Positions 1 through 11,825 of a stretch of 64,000 nucleotides of DNA are shown piece after piece. The translations under genes and the position numbers were made by a program. Under the pieces are notes generated by a model. That model was not told the DNA's origin. It ran no database searches and was given only the letters and a program-made list of their open reading frames with translations. How positions within the stretch are numbered: position 1 is the stretch's first letter; each line of letters opens with the position of its first letter. The stretch is from Octopus sinensis. Lineage: Eukaryota. The DNA lies in the NCBI RefSeq assembly GCF_006345805.1, contig NC_043007.1, positions 54,250,001 through 54,314,000 on the forward strand, written 5' to 3'.

Positions 1-144
1 CGCAGACTTGGTCTGTGGCACTCAGCAAGCTGTCCCATAGGAATTTCCAGCTACCTTCTATATCTGATGTCTGTAGCTCCTCCTCCGTCTCATCAAATTT
101 CTTGATGAGGATGTTCCTAAATCTTTGACCATGTGAAGGGTTCT
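1..144 (-). mobile_element. RTE LINE fragment (EN-RT linker), cut by window edge
   Basis: Near-identical to 25787-25926 of the RTE copy at 23256-26648. Confidence 0.85.
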
Positions 145-147
145 TTA

Positions 148-181
148 CACATATATATATATGTGTGTGTGTGTGTGTATG

Positions 182-216
<35 letters not shown>
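148..216. repeat. (TA)n/(TG)n microsatellite
   Basis: Directly visible. Confidence 0.95.
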
Positions 217-217
<1 letters not shown>

Positions 218-1353
218 CAAGATGGCGCTGAACTAGGAAGACGTGTAAGTTTTACCTCCCGGAAAGTTTTGTAGAACCTCCAAGAGATTGATGTGATCAG
301 AAGTGAAGTGACCTGTACTGCAAATATAGTTGAAAAGTGCGACAAGTACACTAAATTTGAAAAGGCTATTTTACTTTTGATGGTAGTATATGCAACTACA
401 AGGATAACCTATCCGACGCAAAGATATTAGGAACTGAACATGTGTTACTACTGAAGCCATGTGTTCCAAAGGGATATACAAAGAAAGAAAAAAGTTGCTG
501 CTTTGTTTATCCTGCTAGCATTTCTTTTAGAAGCTATGTCCTGACATCTACAACTTGTTCACAATAATAAATTTGCAAGTTGTTCAAAACATAAAGAACT
601 GTAACTACATACATTGGAGCTCCGTTTTGTTTACAAAACGCATAGGATATCGGAACCTGCAACTTGTTTCAAGATATTAAAAACAGGAACATCGGATGTC
701 TGTCTGTTTATATCTTTCTTCCTTCTAAAACAAAATGAAGGTAAGTTTTCTCTCAACCAGACGGTAAGAAAAAATTATTTATTAATAATTTATTGTATAT
801 TCATATATAATCATAGACAGTTTCGTCTGAAACAACAATATATCCATAGATATATTCAAGTGTGCATACACACTGGTATACATATATATACAATATCTGC
901 ACATCCATAAAAATACAGCCCACTCTTACTATCTGTTTCACTTTTCCCTTTCTATTCTCTCTTCCACCCTGCAGATCTGCCTTACTCTTTCTCTCTTTGT
1001 CTTGCCATTCTCCCCTTCTGACACCCACAGGTCGATCTCCTTATCTGTTTCTTCTTCTCTCAGACCCTCTGCTAATTTTCCACTTGCTTTCTCTCTCTGC
1101 GTCTCTCTTCATGTCTCTCTACCACACCTATATCCCACTCTCTCTCACCCTCCCTCCTTCCTTTTGCTGATCTGCCACTCATTCTCTCTCTTCTCAGGTC
1201 AATCCACTTGTCTCTCGCTTTGCCCCGGCTGATCTGCCACCCCCTTTCTCCCCATCAGCTTTTTTTCTTCTCTTCTCTCCTCTCCCTCTCAGGTCAATCT
1301 CCTTATCTTTCCTCCTCTTTCTGTTCCTCTATTTCACTGTATCCCAAGCTAAG

Positions 1354-1965
1354 ATGTCACGGAACTGGTCCGCAAAAGAATTGCAATTGTTAGTCCGCGC
1401 TTGGAAGATTGTTGAAGGTGACTCCCCAAACAACATAATTGCAGCAGCACTTAAAAGTAATAAGTTCTCCAGAACCACGCCCAGATAGAGCGGAAGAAAC
1501 ACGAATTGATCCATTCATATGCTCTAATTAGACAACATATGGACACACTTGACATCATCTTGAGAGGTGACTGCACCAGGGATGACAAAAAGGATGGAGA
1601 AAGCATCCAGGACCCAATGGTCCCTCAGAAGAGCAAAACCAAAGTCACAGCTAAGAGACCTGCAACCAAGGGAAACAATGGCACTTGTCCAGCCCCCAAA
1701 GAGGTGTGATGGCTGAAAAAGGAAAGCACCTTAAAGCCAACAGAACAAAAGCTGCCGACGGCAATGAAAAGCAAGTGGTAAATGAAAGAAAAAAAGAACA
1801 CAACAAAAACTATTCAGACAAAATAAAAGAGACCCAGCCAGATCCACAGAAGTTTCAAGGGCAAAAGCAGGAGCATCTGCAAATTTTACCTGCAAGGAAA
1901 CTGCTAGCATGGCGACGATGGTGCAAACAATCCTTTTGCACATCAGAAGCCCTGTCAAAACCGCA
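1354..1965 (+). pseudogene. Decayed ORF with Myb/SANT-like N-terminus and CCCH-like zinc finger; probable LINE ORF1 remnant
   Basis: Manual translation from ATG 1354: MSRNWSAKELQLLVRAWK...SRTT/(frameshift ~1481)QIERKKHEL; at 1878 CKFYLQGNC*HGDDGANNPFAH; stops and frameshifts present. Confidence 0.5.
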
Positions 1966-2131
1966 TGGGCCCAAGATAACAATCCCTCCCACGAGGAGGA
2001 CAAAACGAAAGAGTAAGATACCAAAGAAGGAAAAATGGCGCGCTGTCTACTCCCGAAAGATGATATGCGGATGTAGTGTGCAGTCCAAAAAGGATACTGT
2101 GTGGCCCAATAAATGGCCAGCTGCACACAGA

Positions 2132-3573
2132 TGTCCTCCAGAGGACCATCATGGTTTCCTGGTCTCTTGTTCTAAAGGTTCTGAGAATCCATCCAGTCAG
2201 CTGCCTACATTTCATTGCCAATTTAGCAACATGCACATGAAAGGTTGCATCATTACTCATGTAAATACCCAGATCTCGCACTGGGATTGCAATCCCTGCA
2301 GGTCCAGTGTATTTATTGGGTATTGCATTCAGTTTTGCATGCTGATAGCATAAAGCTTGAAACTTTTCAGCATTGAACTGCATGCTATTCTTTTCAGCCC
2401 ATTTGTATATTTTGTCCAGCTCACATTGCAGGTGCATAGTGTCTTCAGGGTTCTGTATTGCCTGTGAAACTTTTGTATCATCTGCATAACTTGTGATCGT
2501 GGCTCTCTGCGTGGCAGAGGGCATCTCTGAGAGGGCCATTATGAATAGTACTGGTCCCAAAACTGTGCCTTGCAGAACACCGCTCACTATTTGCATGTTA
2601 ATGGAGGTGGCCCCATTGGCTACCACCACCTTACTTCTATCTTTCAGAAAGTCATGAAGCCAATCTCCCAATTTTCTAACTATGCCAAGATCACGCAGTT
2701 TGTGACATATCATTCCATGATCAACTTTATCAAAGGCTTTTGCAAAGTCGAGATATATCACTTCCACATTTGAGTGGTTGAGCAGTTGTTTCAGCACCCA
2801 GTCATAGTGTTGTAGGAGCTGAGTTAGGCAGCTTTTTCCTGGTCGGAAACTATGTTGGGTGTCAGGCAGCAAGTCATTTTCTTCAAGGAAGGTGATTAGT
2901 TTCCTTCTGACTATTCGTCCCATGACCTTGCTGATGTGTGAGGTCAGAGAGATAGGTCTGTAGTTCTTGGCCTCCGCTCTGCTACCTCCTTTATGAATAG
3001 GGCATATTTTACCTTCCTTAAGTTTTCTTGGAAGTTTGCCAGTTGAAAGGAAGCTCTGAAAGAGGAACTGCAGTGGTCTTGCTAGGACTCTCTTACATAC
3101 TTTAAGAAGGATTGCTGGGAATCCATCGGGGCCAGTAGCTGAGTTTGTTTTCATTTCATCAATAGCCTTTATTACGTCGTCTTCCTTTATATTGATGTAA
3201 TCAATCATCGCTGCCTCTGATTTTATATCTGCAGTGGTAAAGAAGTCAGTTGGATTGCTGACTTGAAAATGCCCTAGGGGTGGAGTGAAAATACTTTTGA
3301 ATGGCTCATTCAGTATTTCACTTCTCCTCATTGAATTTCCTGTGAGTGTACCATACTACAGAGCACTGTAGCTGTTTCTTTCGCAAACTTGTAGAAAGCT
3401 CTGGGGTTAGATTTTATGTTGTCTATAACCCAGGCTTCTTTGTCTGCTCTTTCTTTTTCATGGGAGAGTTGCAGACATTTTTCAATTTCCAACAGTTTTA
3501 TTTTCAGGTGGGATATTTCACTGCTTTCAATTTGTTTGTTTAGGCGATTTGAAACTTTTGTATGCCGTCTCAT
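2132..3573 (-). mobile_element. CR1-clade LINE ORF2 fragment (RT)
   Basis: ORF 1955-3331(-): NYRPISLTS, YLDFAKAFDKVDH, GVLQGTVLGP, YADDTK; homology to the 45073-46659 copy stops at ~2132. Confidence 0.92.
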
Positions 3574-3596
3574 ACGAAATATATATATATTTACAT

Positions 3597-3634
3597 ATCA
3601 TCATAATCATCATCGTTTAACGTCCGTTCTCCAT
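3597..3634 (-). repeat. RTE-family 3' terminal stub with (CAT)n tail
   Basis: catcatcgtttaacgtccgttctccat matches the tails at 16869 and 47051. Confidence 0.75.
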
Positions 3635-3636
3635 TT

Positions 3637-3892
3637 CATTCAAATTTTACACATGCTTTACTTAGGGTCCATGTAGTTTCATGGGCAAAAAAAATTTTGT
3701 ACTTTTTGCCTAGGGCGAGCCCACAGCAATATCATATCTTCTCCACTACGATTCCCTAAAACTTGAGAACTACACAACCAATTCCATTCAAATTTTACAC
3801 ATGCCTTACTTAGGGTCCATGTAGTTTAATGAGCAAAAAAAAGTTCAACTTCTTGCTTAGAGCGAGCCCATAGCAATATATCTTCTTCACTA
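3637..3892. repeat. Imperfect tandem duplication, ~148-bp period
   Basis: cattcaaattttacacatgc(t/c)ttacttagggtccatgtagttt starts at 3637 and 3785. Confidence 0.85.
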
Positions 3893-4069
3893 TTTCAGTA
3901 TTACATGTTAAAAGTGAAACAAAAACGTTTCTCTATTTTATGTCAGATACTTTCAATTTAACAATAAGAATAATAATAACAATTGAATTATATGTAGTAA
4001 GTAATAATTAAAATCAAACTAAAGTAACATAACAAAAGTAAAAATAGCAATTGGTATAAAATTGCATCA

Positions 4070-4243
4070 ATGATTTGAACTTGAATAAGTGGTTTCACAT
4101 GAATGGGAATAAATTAAAAATAAAATTAGCGTGCAAAAATGGAATAGTCCAGATGGATAATAAGAAATTAAATTAAAGAAAAGGCTATTGTCTATAAAGT
4201 ATACAATGTAGAGAAAAAAGAAGATTTGAACACATGGAGGAAA
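4070..4243 (+). mobile_element. Old Tx1/L1-type ORF1 remnant, left part (interrupted)
   Basis: Manual translation IKEKAIVYKVYNVEKK aligns with KTITYRTQDRNTRK (4388 ORF) and KRIIYKTYDTKKK (second element); ends in ACATGGAGGAAA. Confidence 0.55.
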
Positions 4244-4244
4244 T

Positions 4245-6162
4245 TTACCCAAGTGTGTTGTGAGTTATTTTTTGCATGTGAAACTTTGGAAAAAAACTGT
4301 TAAAAAAATTGTCAAAAATTGAATCGCGCGAGGCGTTTGCCGCTGCGTGTTTGAACCTTTTATAGAAGGTGTGTCGACCCTCAAGTCATGGAGACTTATG
4401 CGGGGGTCGCCACAACAAAAAGTGACGAGTCACTTAGAATAAAAGAAGTGTTCTTTAGAAAAGAACAATTGAAGGAATACGAGAAGTTCGTCAAAAGGGA
4501 GGGTGACAGCGTGAAGCTAGTCCCGCCTGTGGAAACAATAGAAGAAAAAAATAACAAGACGATAACGTATAGAACGCAAGATAGAAACACGAGAAAACTG
4601 GTGAGAGTGACGATTGAAGAAATAGAGAAATGTCTGGGGGACATCATGAAAAAAGCGACTTTTGTAGAGAAAGGAAAGAAATATGGTACGGTGGAGGTGA
4701 GATGCGCAACAAAGGAAGTGGCGGCCTCATTGGCTTCCACTGTCCTGAAAGCGGAAAATTTCACCATGTGGCCGACGTATAAAGGAAGACGAGGGGTACG
4801 GGTAAGAGTCCCAAAGGTTCCCCCAAATATTAAAACAGAAATGCTGGTAACAGCCATTATTGGGGCAGCAAAAGAGGAAGTAGAAATAGGGTCAATTAAG
4901 GAGACGAACGTTGTAAATTGGAAGGGATTCGGAGTCGAGTTGTGGCTGATGGCCACAATTGAAGACATCGAAAGATTTCCCTTCCAATAGAAATAGAAAA
5001 CGAAAAAACAATTAGTGTAATAGTGGAAGGCAGAAAACCGAATTGCTACCTGTGCGGCTCAAGAGGGCACATAAAAAAGGAATGTCCGCTGTATGAATTC
5101 ACAGCGGAGCAAAAAGAGACACAAAGTGGAGAGAAGGAAAATGAACACGAAGGAAAGAACAGCGAAAACAAGGAAAAGGAAATAACGGAGAAACAACAAG
5201 AGAAGGGAAGTAACAGCGCACTGAAGGAAAATGAAAACAAGGGAAGAAGATAGTAGAAAAGGAGCAAAATTCACAGGGTGCAGAAGTAGAGGAGAAGGAG
5301 CCAAGGCAGAAGCAAGAGAAAGAAAAGGAAAGTACATTAAAGGAAAGAGAAAAAGCAGGAAAGAACAAGAGAAGGAACAGAACCAAGAGAAAGGAAAAGA
5401 TGGTATGCAAAAAGGAAAAGAAACAACAGGAAAGGAACTTAAGGCACAGGGTAGAAAGACGGCAGACAAGAGCCAAAAAGACAAGAGAAGGAAAAAGAAA
5501 GAAGAGAAAGCAAAAGAGAGAAAGAGAGAAACCGAGGGAGGAGAAAAAAGAGGAAGTAAGTCCTAAGAGAAAAACTAGAGAAAACGCAGGCACGAATAGA
5601 AAATTCAAATACTATGGAACGTTGATCCATCACAAGCACTGTGAGGAGATGGAAAATTTAATAAGCGAAACAAACGGATATACGTGGGTCAGGATGGGCA
5701 CCGAATGGAAAGAAACAGGTGCACTCGTCCACGAGAACGACGCCGAGGCGTTCATCGAGGCAGCTGGCGAGAACGTGTTAAAACATATGAAATGCCGACT
5801 TCCAAGGTGGCCTCGAACGATGGAAATTTACTCAGATTTGGTAGACATAATGGAGTATATATAAAAGAAAAGGTATTGTGAAAACTTTAATTTGAAATGA
5901 TAAAAGAACTTTAAATTCGGAAAAAAAAAAAAAAAAAAAGAATGTTGAACTTTGTAAAACTTTTTGAAATGTATGTTGAAAATGTATAAAATGTTTTATT
6001 TGAAAATATTGTTGACGAATAAAAATAAATGACGAAATGTAACCGCTCAATTACGGGGATCGAGTGGGCATTGCACCACATTGTACAACTTCATAATTCA
6101 TTATTCATTTTCCCGATTGTATTGTCCCATCTATGTAGCCCCTAGTGGGTAATAATAAAACA
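4245..6162 (+). mobile_element. ORF1-only Tx1/L1-type non-LTR element (HAL1-like)
   Basis: ORF1 4388-5864 with frameshifts; CCHC knuckle CYLCGSRGHIKKEC (~5044-5085); no EN/RT; 3' end shares 22 nt (6115-6136) with the Tx1 element at 11335-11356. Confidence 0.75.
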
Positions 6163-6175
6163 ACATGGAGGAAAT

Positions 6176-9100
6176 CATTTTTTGCGTTATTAGTAAGTTG
6201 ATATATTTTTGCTCTCATACTATTTCTCTGTTATTATATACTGTTGGTCTACCTGTTTTGTCTATGTTGTCTAACTGACGAAGTCAGCCTTCGCGCGAAG
6301 ACTTCGCGTTGGTGTTCCCCCCTCAGTGGGGGAAAACTACAATTAATTTGGATTTACCAAAGGCTTGTTAAAGCCATTTGTTCAAGATGGAGTCCCCATC
6401 TCTTATTCGCCCGTGACGAGCGAGGATGAATACCCGGCGTTGTCGCCAAGTAAAGAGGCGTTGTCGCCAAGAAAAAAAGAGGCGTTGTCGCCGAAGAAAA
6501 AAAGGCGGCGTCGCCCAAAAAATGGAAAAACCAGTACCAGCATCAACTCCAGCAAAAAATTCGCTGAAGTGGCTGGGAAAAAGATCAAAAAAATAAATAT
6601 AGAAAATTTTAAAAATTTGCAGACTGTGTAAAAAAAGAAGGCACAGAAGTGACTGTGGCCACAAACATACAAATACATGACGATATAGAAAAAAAAGAAT
6701 AATATATAAAACTTACGACACAAAGAAAAAATGATCCAAAAAATCGAAGAAAAAAAATAGAGTCTTGTCTAAAACCTTTTATGGATAAAATAACGTATAT
6801 AAACAGAGGAAAAAGATACGGCACAGTGGAGGTGCGTTTTATTATGGAGGAGATAGCGAAGAAACTATCGATGGAGCCAATCAAAGCGGAAAACATTGTC
6901 TTACTACCATTGTAAAGGAAAAAGGACGTCGAAAATTTCGATGAACAACATTCCGCCAGAGGCAGATGCTGAATGTCTGGTGGCAGCAGTGATGGTAGGT
7001 CTGGAGGAAAAAATAAACATCCTCCAGGCCACAGTGGAGGAAGAGAGTTCTGGAAAGGCAGAAAATAGTGATAGCCATTCAGGCGGAGGTGCAAACACTG
7101 GAAGAAATTCCAGAAACGGTAAAGATTAGTGAAGACGAGAAAATAACAGTTTTCGTGGAGGGCAGGAAGCCGAGGTGCTTCGGCTGCGGCAAGAAGGGTC
7201 ATGTAAGGGCGGAATGCCAACCCCAACCCAAACGCAGGAAGCACCTAAGCCAAAAGAAAAAGAAGATAATGTGTCACCAGAAGCAGCGTCGGACGGCCCA
7301 GAAGGGAAGACTGAAGGTGTGGAGGTGACGGTGACAGCAGAACCAGCGGCGGAGGAAAAAAAAGAGCGAGGAAAAGATAAATGAGGAGGGGTGGGCAAAA
7401 ATTACCGGAAGAAAAAAAAAGAAAAACGGAAACCACCCCTCCCAGAGTAATCTTAAAAAAGAAAAAGAGTCAATGAACTCATATATGGCCATAAAGGCAG
7501 CAAATAGCAGACTCGGAAACGTGTTGGCAGCCATGGCCAAAGTGGAGAAAGTAGTGAAAAAAAACGACTTTGTAATTTACAGAATAGGCCGGAAGGATTA
7601 CGGGCGGATAAAGTCAGAATTCTTCCATGACGTAGGCCCACTTAGATTGGATGTGACATCTCCACATATATTCGAGGGCCTACGTCAGACTCCCCCACGA
7701 GGCCCAGAAAAAGAGTTAGAAGAACAAGAAAAAACCGAACCACTGATATAAGGTAAGTAATGGTTACATTTATGTTGTTGTTTGAATGTGCGCGGCCTGG
7801 GAGCAGGCTGGAAGCAAGGTCGCTTCCTGCATGATATCAGGTCGCGTAATTTAGATGTTATTGTTGCTACAGAAACCCGGTTAGAGGGGCCAAGAGGTCT
7901 ACTCCCGCTGTTTGACGGCTACGAGAGTTTTTTCTCTCCTGGCAGTCCTACAGGCGGGAGTGGGGTGTTGGTCCTATTAAAAAGAAACCGGGTTTCTGAG
8001 AAAAAGTTAATTTTTGCAGATCCAGAAGGTAGGCTGGTCGTCATGGATTTGACGTTCAGTAATGGTAAAGTTATCAGACTGGTTGCAATTTACGCACCCA
8101 CCATACAGGGCAAAGTGATTATTTTCGTGAACTAGAAAACTTTCTTGGTACTTCGCATTCATTAGTGGTGCTAGGAGACTTTAACACAATTTGCAAAGCG
8201 GATGTAGATTGTGTTGGCTCGCTCCAGATAGAAAAGGCAACAGTGGCTTCATGGAACTGCTAAGCCGCTTTGAGCTAGCAGATCCTTATAGGCTGGAATT
8301 TCCGAACGCTCCATTGTGGACATGGTCAAACAGCGACGGATCTTCCAGGTCATATTTAGATAGAATACTAATTAGAAAAGTAGACAGTAAAATAGCTAAG
8401 TGTCCACAGTTTTACCCGATCAGCTACAGTGATCATAAAATGGTCACCTGTAAGCTTGACATAGATAAGGTTAAAAATAGAGGATCCGGTTACTGGAAAC
8501 TTAATACGTCCCTTTTGGCGATTAAGGAGTACAAAGACCGGATTAGGAATATAATTCAGAGGGCACTATCTGGTACCATCATTAATAACAAATGGTGGTA
8601 CGCCCTCAAACGAGCCATCAAGTTTGAGTCTATTAGATATAGCATAGGAGTAGTGGCTAGAGAGGCTAGAAGGGAAACTACTCTAGTTAAGGAATTAGAG
8701 GAAGCCATGAAAACTGGCTCTGCGACTCAGGTGGCGTCCAAGAGACTGGTGTTAAACCAGCACCTCGAGGCCAAACACATGGGCTGCATTGTCAGGGCTA
8801 GAATCCGTCATATGGGATGTGAAGGAATCAACGCCGTGAGATGGGCCCGAGTGGTGGAAGCTCAGCATGGTAACGATGCCACAATTCGATCTTTGACGAA
8901 CCAACAAGGTGAGTTGATAAACGAACCCGAGGAGATGTGTGAGGCCTTTCAGGAGCACTTCGCTCAGCTTTTCGGTGAGTGCGGCGGACTGGATAGGAGG
9001 AGGGCCTTTACGGACCTACTCGACGGTCTGCCGCGCTTATCGGGGCGAGATGCGGAGGGCTGTGAAGGGCCAATCACGCCTGGGGAGGTGTTTGAGGCAA

Positions 9101-11382
9101 TGGCGGACTGCGGCGCGGGCAAGGCGCCGGGTTTGGATGGTCTACCCTATGAGTTATATAAGAGTATGCCAGACTTGTTCGGGCACCTACTGGCGGAGGT
9201 CTATGCGAACTGGCAGCAGAACGGGCTTATACCCAGATCTGTGCGCCGGGGAGTAGTGACTCTCGTCAGAAAGGACCCGAGCAAGGGGGAGTGCATTGAT
9301 AATTTCAGGCCCATCACTCTGCTAAACACAGAGTTGAAGATTTTGGCCAAAGTGTTATCGAAAAGATTGGCGCGTGTCGCGGATGGTCTGATCGGAGAGG
9401 CACAGACATGTGCCGTTCCGGGCAGATCCATTCAGGATAATCTCCATCTAATGCGGTACACTATAGAGGGGTTTAATAGTGATTCTGGCAAGGGCGGGGC
9501 ACTGGTCCATTTAGACCAATCTAAAGCTTTTGATAGGGTCGACCATCGTTACCTGGTATCTGCCCTGGCACAGTTCGGGCTGAGCCTTGGCTTCCTCAGG
9601 TGGATTATCCAAATTTATGATAACATCGACTCGGTAGTTCGGGTGAACGGCTTCTTGTCGAAGCCGTTCAAAATCAAACGCTCGGTTCGTCAAGAGTGTC
9701 CGCTCTCCCCGCTTTTGTACGTGATGGCTCTTGAGCCATTACTGCGAAAACTGAGCGGCATCCCGACACAGCCAGGTAATGGAAAATCAGTGTCAGCGTA
9801 CGCGGATGACATCACCATCATCGTAACCGAAATGGACCACCTATGTAAAGTAGGCAAGGCCATAGAGGTTTACGAGACGGTGACAGGAGCAAAAGTTAAT
9901 CGCGAAAAGTCAGTCGGCTTGCAACTCGGCACCTGGAGAGGCAAGTCGATGCCTCCTGACAGCGTCGTGGGACGTTGGACGGAGGGTCCGATTAAACTGC
10001 TAGGGGTCTGGTTCGGTCCAGACCTCCAAATAGAGAAGAATTGGGGCGAGGTAACGAGCAAGGTGGCTGCAGTAGCCAAGACCTGGTCTTGGCGGTGGCT
10101 ATCCCTGAAAGGGAGGGCGGAGGTGGCCAATGTGTTTATCGCATCGGTTATCACCTACCGCCTTTCCGTCGTTCCTTGCCCTGACTCGTGGTTGATCAAG
10201 TTGGAAAGACAGCTCTTCTACTTCTTGTGGAAGGGCGAGAAACCACTTGTGAAACGCTCTACTTGCTGTCAACAACCGTTAAAGGGTGGGCTAGGGATGC
10301 CTTGGCTGATGATGCGCAGACATGCGCTGAGGTTAAGACATCTGTGGCTCTACCTGGATGGTGAACGGGTGTGGTCTTCGCTAGCAAAACTGATGTTTCC
10401 CAAGTTCACTAGTTTCGGTGGATGGGAAACCTGGCTGAATCGTAGATTGAAACTTGGTACTTGGTACACGGAGTGTTGCAAGGCTCTCCTGCTATTCCGT
10501 CGCTCGGGCAACGCCTGCGGTGGGGGTTCCACCACATTCCTCTATAGAGGGTTGGTAGAGGCGGAATGTGAAGATACCTTGGGGGAAACCCTAGGTCTCG
10601 ACGATAATCAGCTGGCCAGTCTGTTCCGACGTACGTTCGAGCCGAGGACACTGGACAACTTCCAGAAGTCTCTGGCATGGCAATGCTACAGAGGAGCTCT
10701 ACCTGTTCGGGATAAACTCGCAAGACAGTCCGATATGTCCAAGATGCGGGCGGGATAGGGAAACCGTCCCGCACGCTATTGTTCATTGTCCGGACGTGTC
10801 TGAGGTGTGGGTTTATGCCGAACAGCTGTTGTCAGGTACACGAAGAGTACAGCTGTCGACTGAGTCGATTACAAAAATTGACCCACCGGATTTCCTCGTG
10901 AATGAAGGTAAGTTTCGTTTTCTCGTTGTAGTAGCAATTGCGAAAGAGGTGATATGGAAGACGAGAATGAAAGGGGTACAGTCAGGCAAGTTCATCTCCG
11001 GCCCTGGTTTGATGAATTATTTCATCTTTCACCTGAAAAGGAAGATAGGGCTGGAGAGAATATGCCTGACTAGGAGAGTGTATGAAGAACGATGGAAGGA
11101 TGTAGCACGAAAGTTGCGAGTGAAAGATACAACATAAATGTAATACCAAGCGCAAACAAAAGTATCAGTGGGGAGGCGGGGCTCGTGGGGTCCGAGCTAA
11201 ACCCGCACCCACTCCACCCGTAATGTCTTCCGGTCTGTCCCATCATTCGATTTCTGTCCATTTATTGTAATTCATGAAAATTTTTAAATCCGATTTATTG
11301 TAAAAACCCATTCGTTTGTCTGACCCCATCATCAGATTGTATTGTCCCATCTATGTTCGGCCCTTGTGGGTAATAATAAAAT
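6176..11382 (+). mobile_element. Near full-length Tx1-clade (L1 group) non-LTR retrotransposon, frameshifted
   Basis: ORF1 ~6365-7751 with CFGCGKKGHVRAEC knuckle; ORF2 ~7760-11137 with APE, RT and C-terminal zinc finger; 3' UTR with AATAAA. Confidence 0.92.
7760..11137 (+). pseudogene. Tx1 ORF2: APE endonuclease + reverse transcriptase + CCHC (zf-RVT-like) finger
   Basis: LNVRGL..ATETRL, GDFN, YLDRIL..SDHK (EN); NFRPITLLN, LDQSKAFDRVDH, QECPLSP, YADDI (RT); PICPRCG..ETVPHAIVHC near 10730-10790; frameshifts near 8105, 8200 and 10740. Confidence 0.92.
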
Positions 11383-11395
11383 CACATGGAGGAAA

Positions 11396-11720
11396 ACACC
11401 TTCGAAAAGTGTCTTGGTGCGACTATGAAAGTTATCTGATCAGAGGAGGTAAATTCACCACAATAGAAGCAAGGTTTGAGTCAACGGAGCGTGCAAGGGA
11501 GTACTCAACTCGAACTTGCAAAGTGGAAGTATTTTATTTTTACCTTTATATCTGGGACGTAGCACGTCCCACAAAAAAATTTTTAATGCCACCCCCCCCC
11601 CCCAAAGTAGAGGTAGGCTGGATTGTAGCCACACTTCTATACAAAAAGGACGACAAGATACAATTGATCGAAATTACAAGAGACAGGCTAACAATTCCAG
11701 TCTGTTATATATTTTGAGTA
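11396..11720 (+). mobile_element. Old Tx1/L1-type ORF1 remnant, right part
   Basis: EKCLG; LIRGGKFTTIEARFESTERA vs VEKGKKYGTVEVRCATKEVA; LPLYLGRS vs WPTYKGRR; several frameshifts. Confidence 0.65.
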
Positions 11721-11825
11721 TTGTTATCACTAGCGATATCAAGATATAACATTGTATTTTGTATTTTATGTGTAGATGTATATATTTATAGATGTACATG
11801 TAATATATACACATATATAAACGCA

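Noticed and set aside
4396-5608. Antisense ORFs over the Tx1 ORF1 (also over CR1 and RTE ORFs)
   Set aside because: Shadow frames of coding or A-rich sequence
5940-6050. AT-rich 3' UTR resembling a terminator or origin
   Set aside because: Ordinary A/T-rich UTR; no defined structure supportable
6274-6310. CTGACGA hammerhead-like core in the Tx1 5' UTR
   Set aside because: No GAAA and no stem I/III partners nearby
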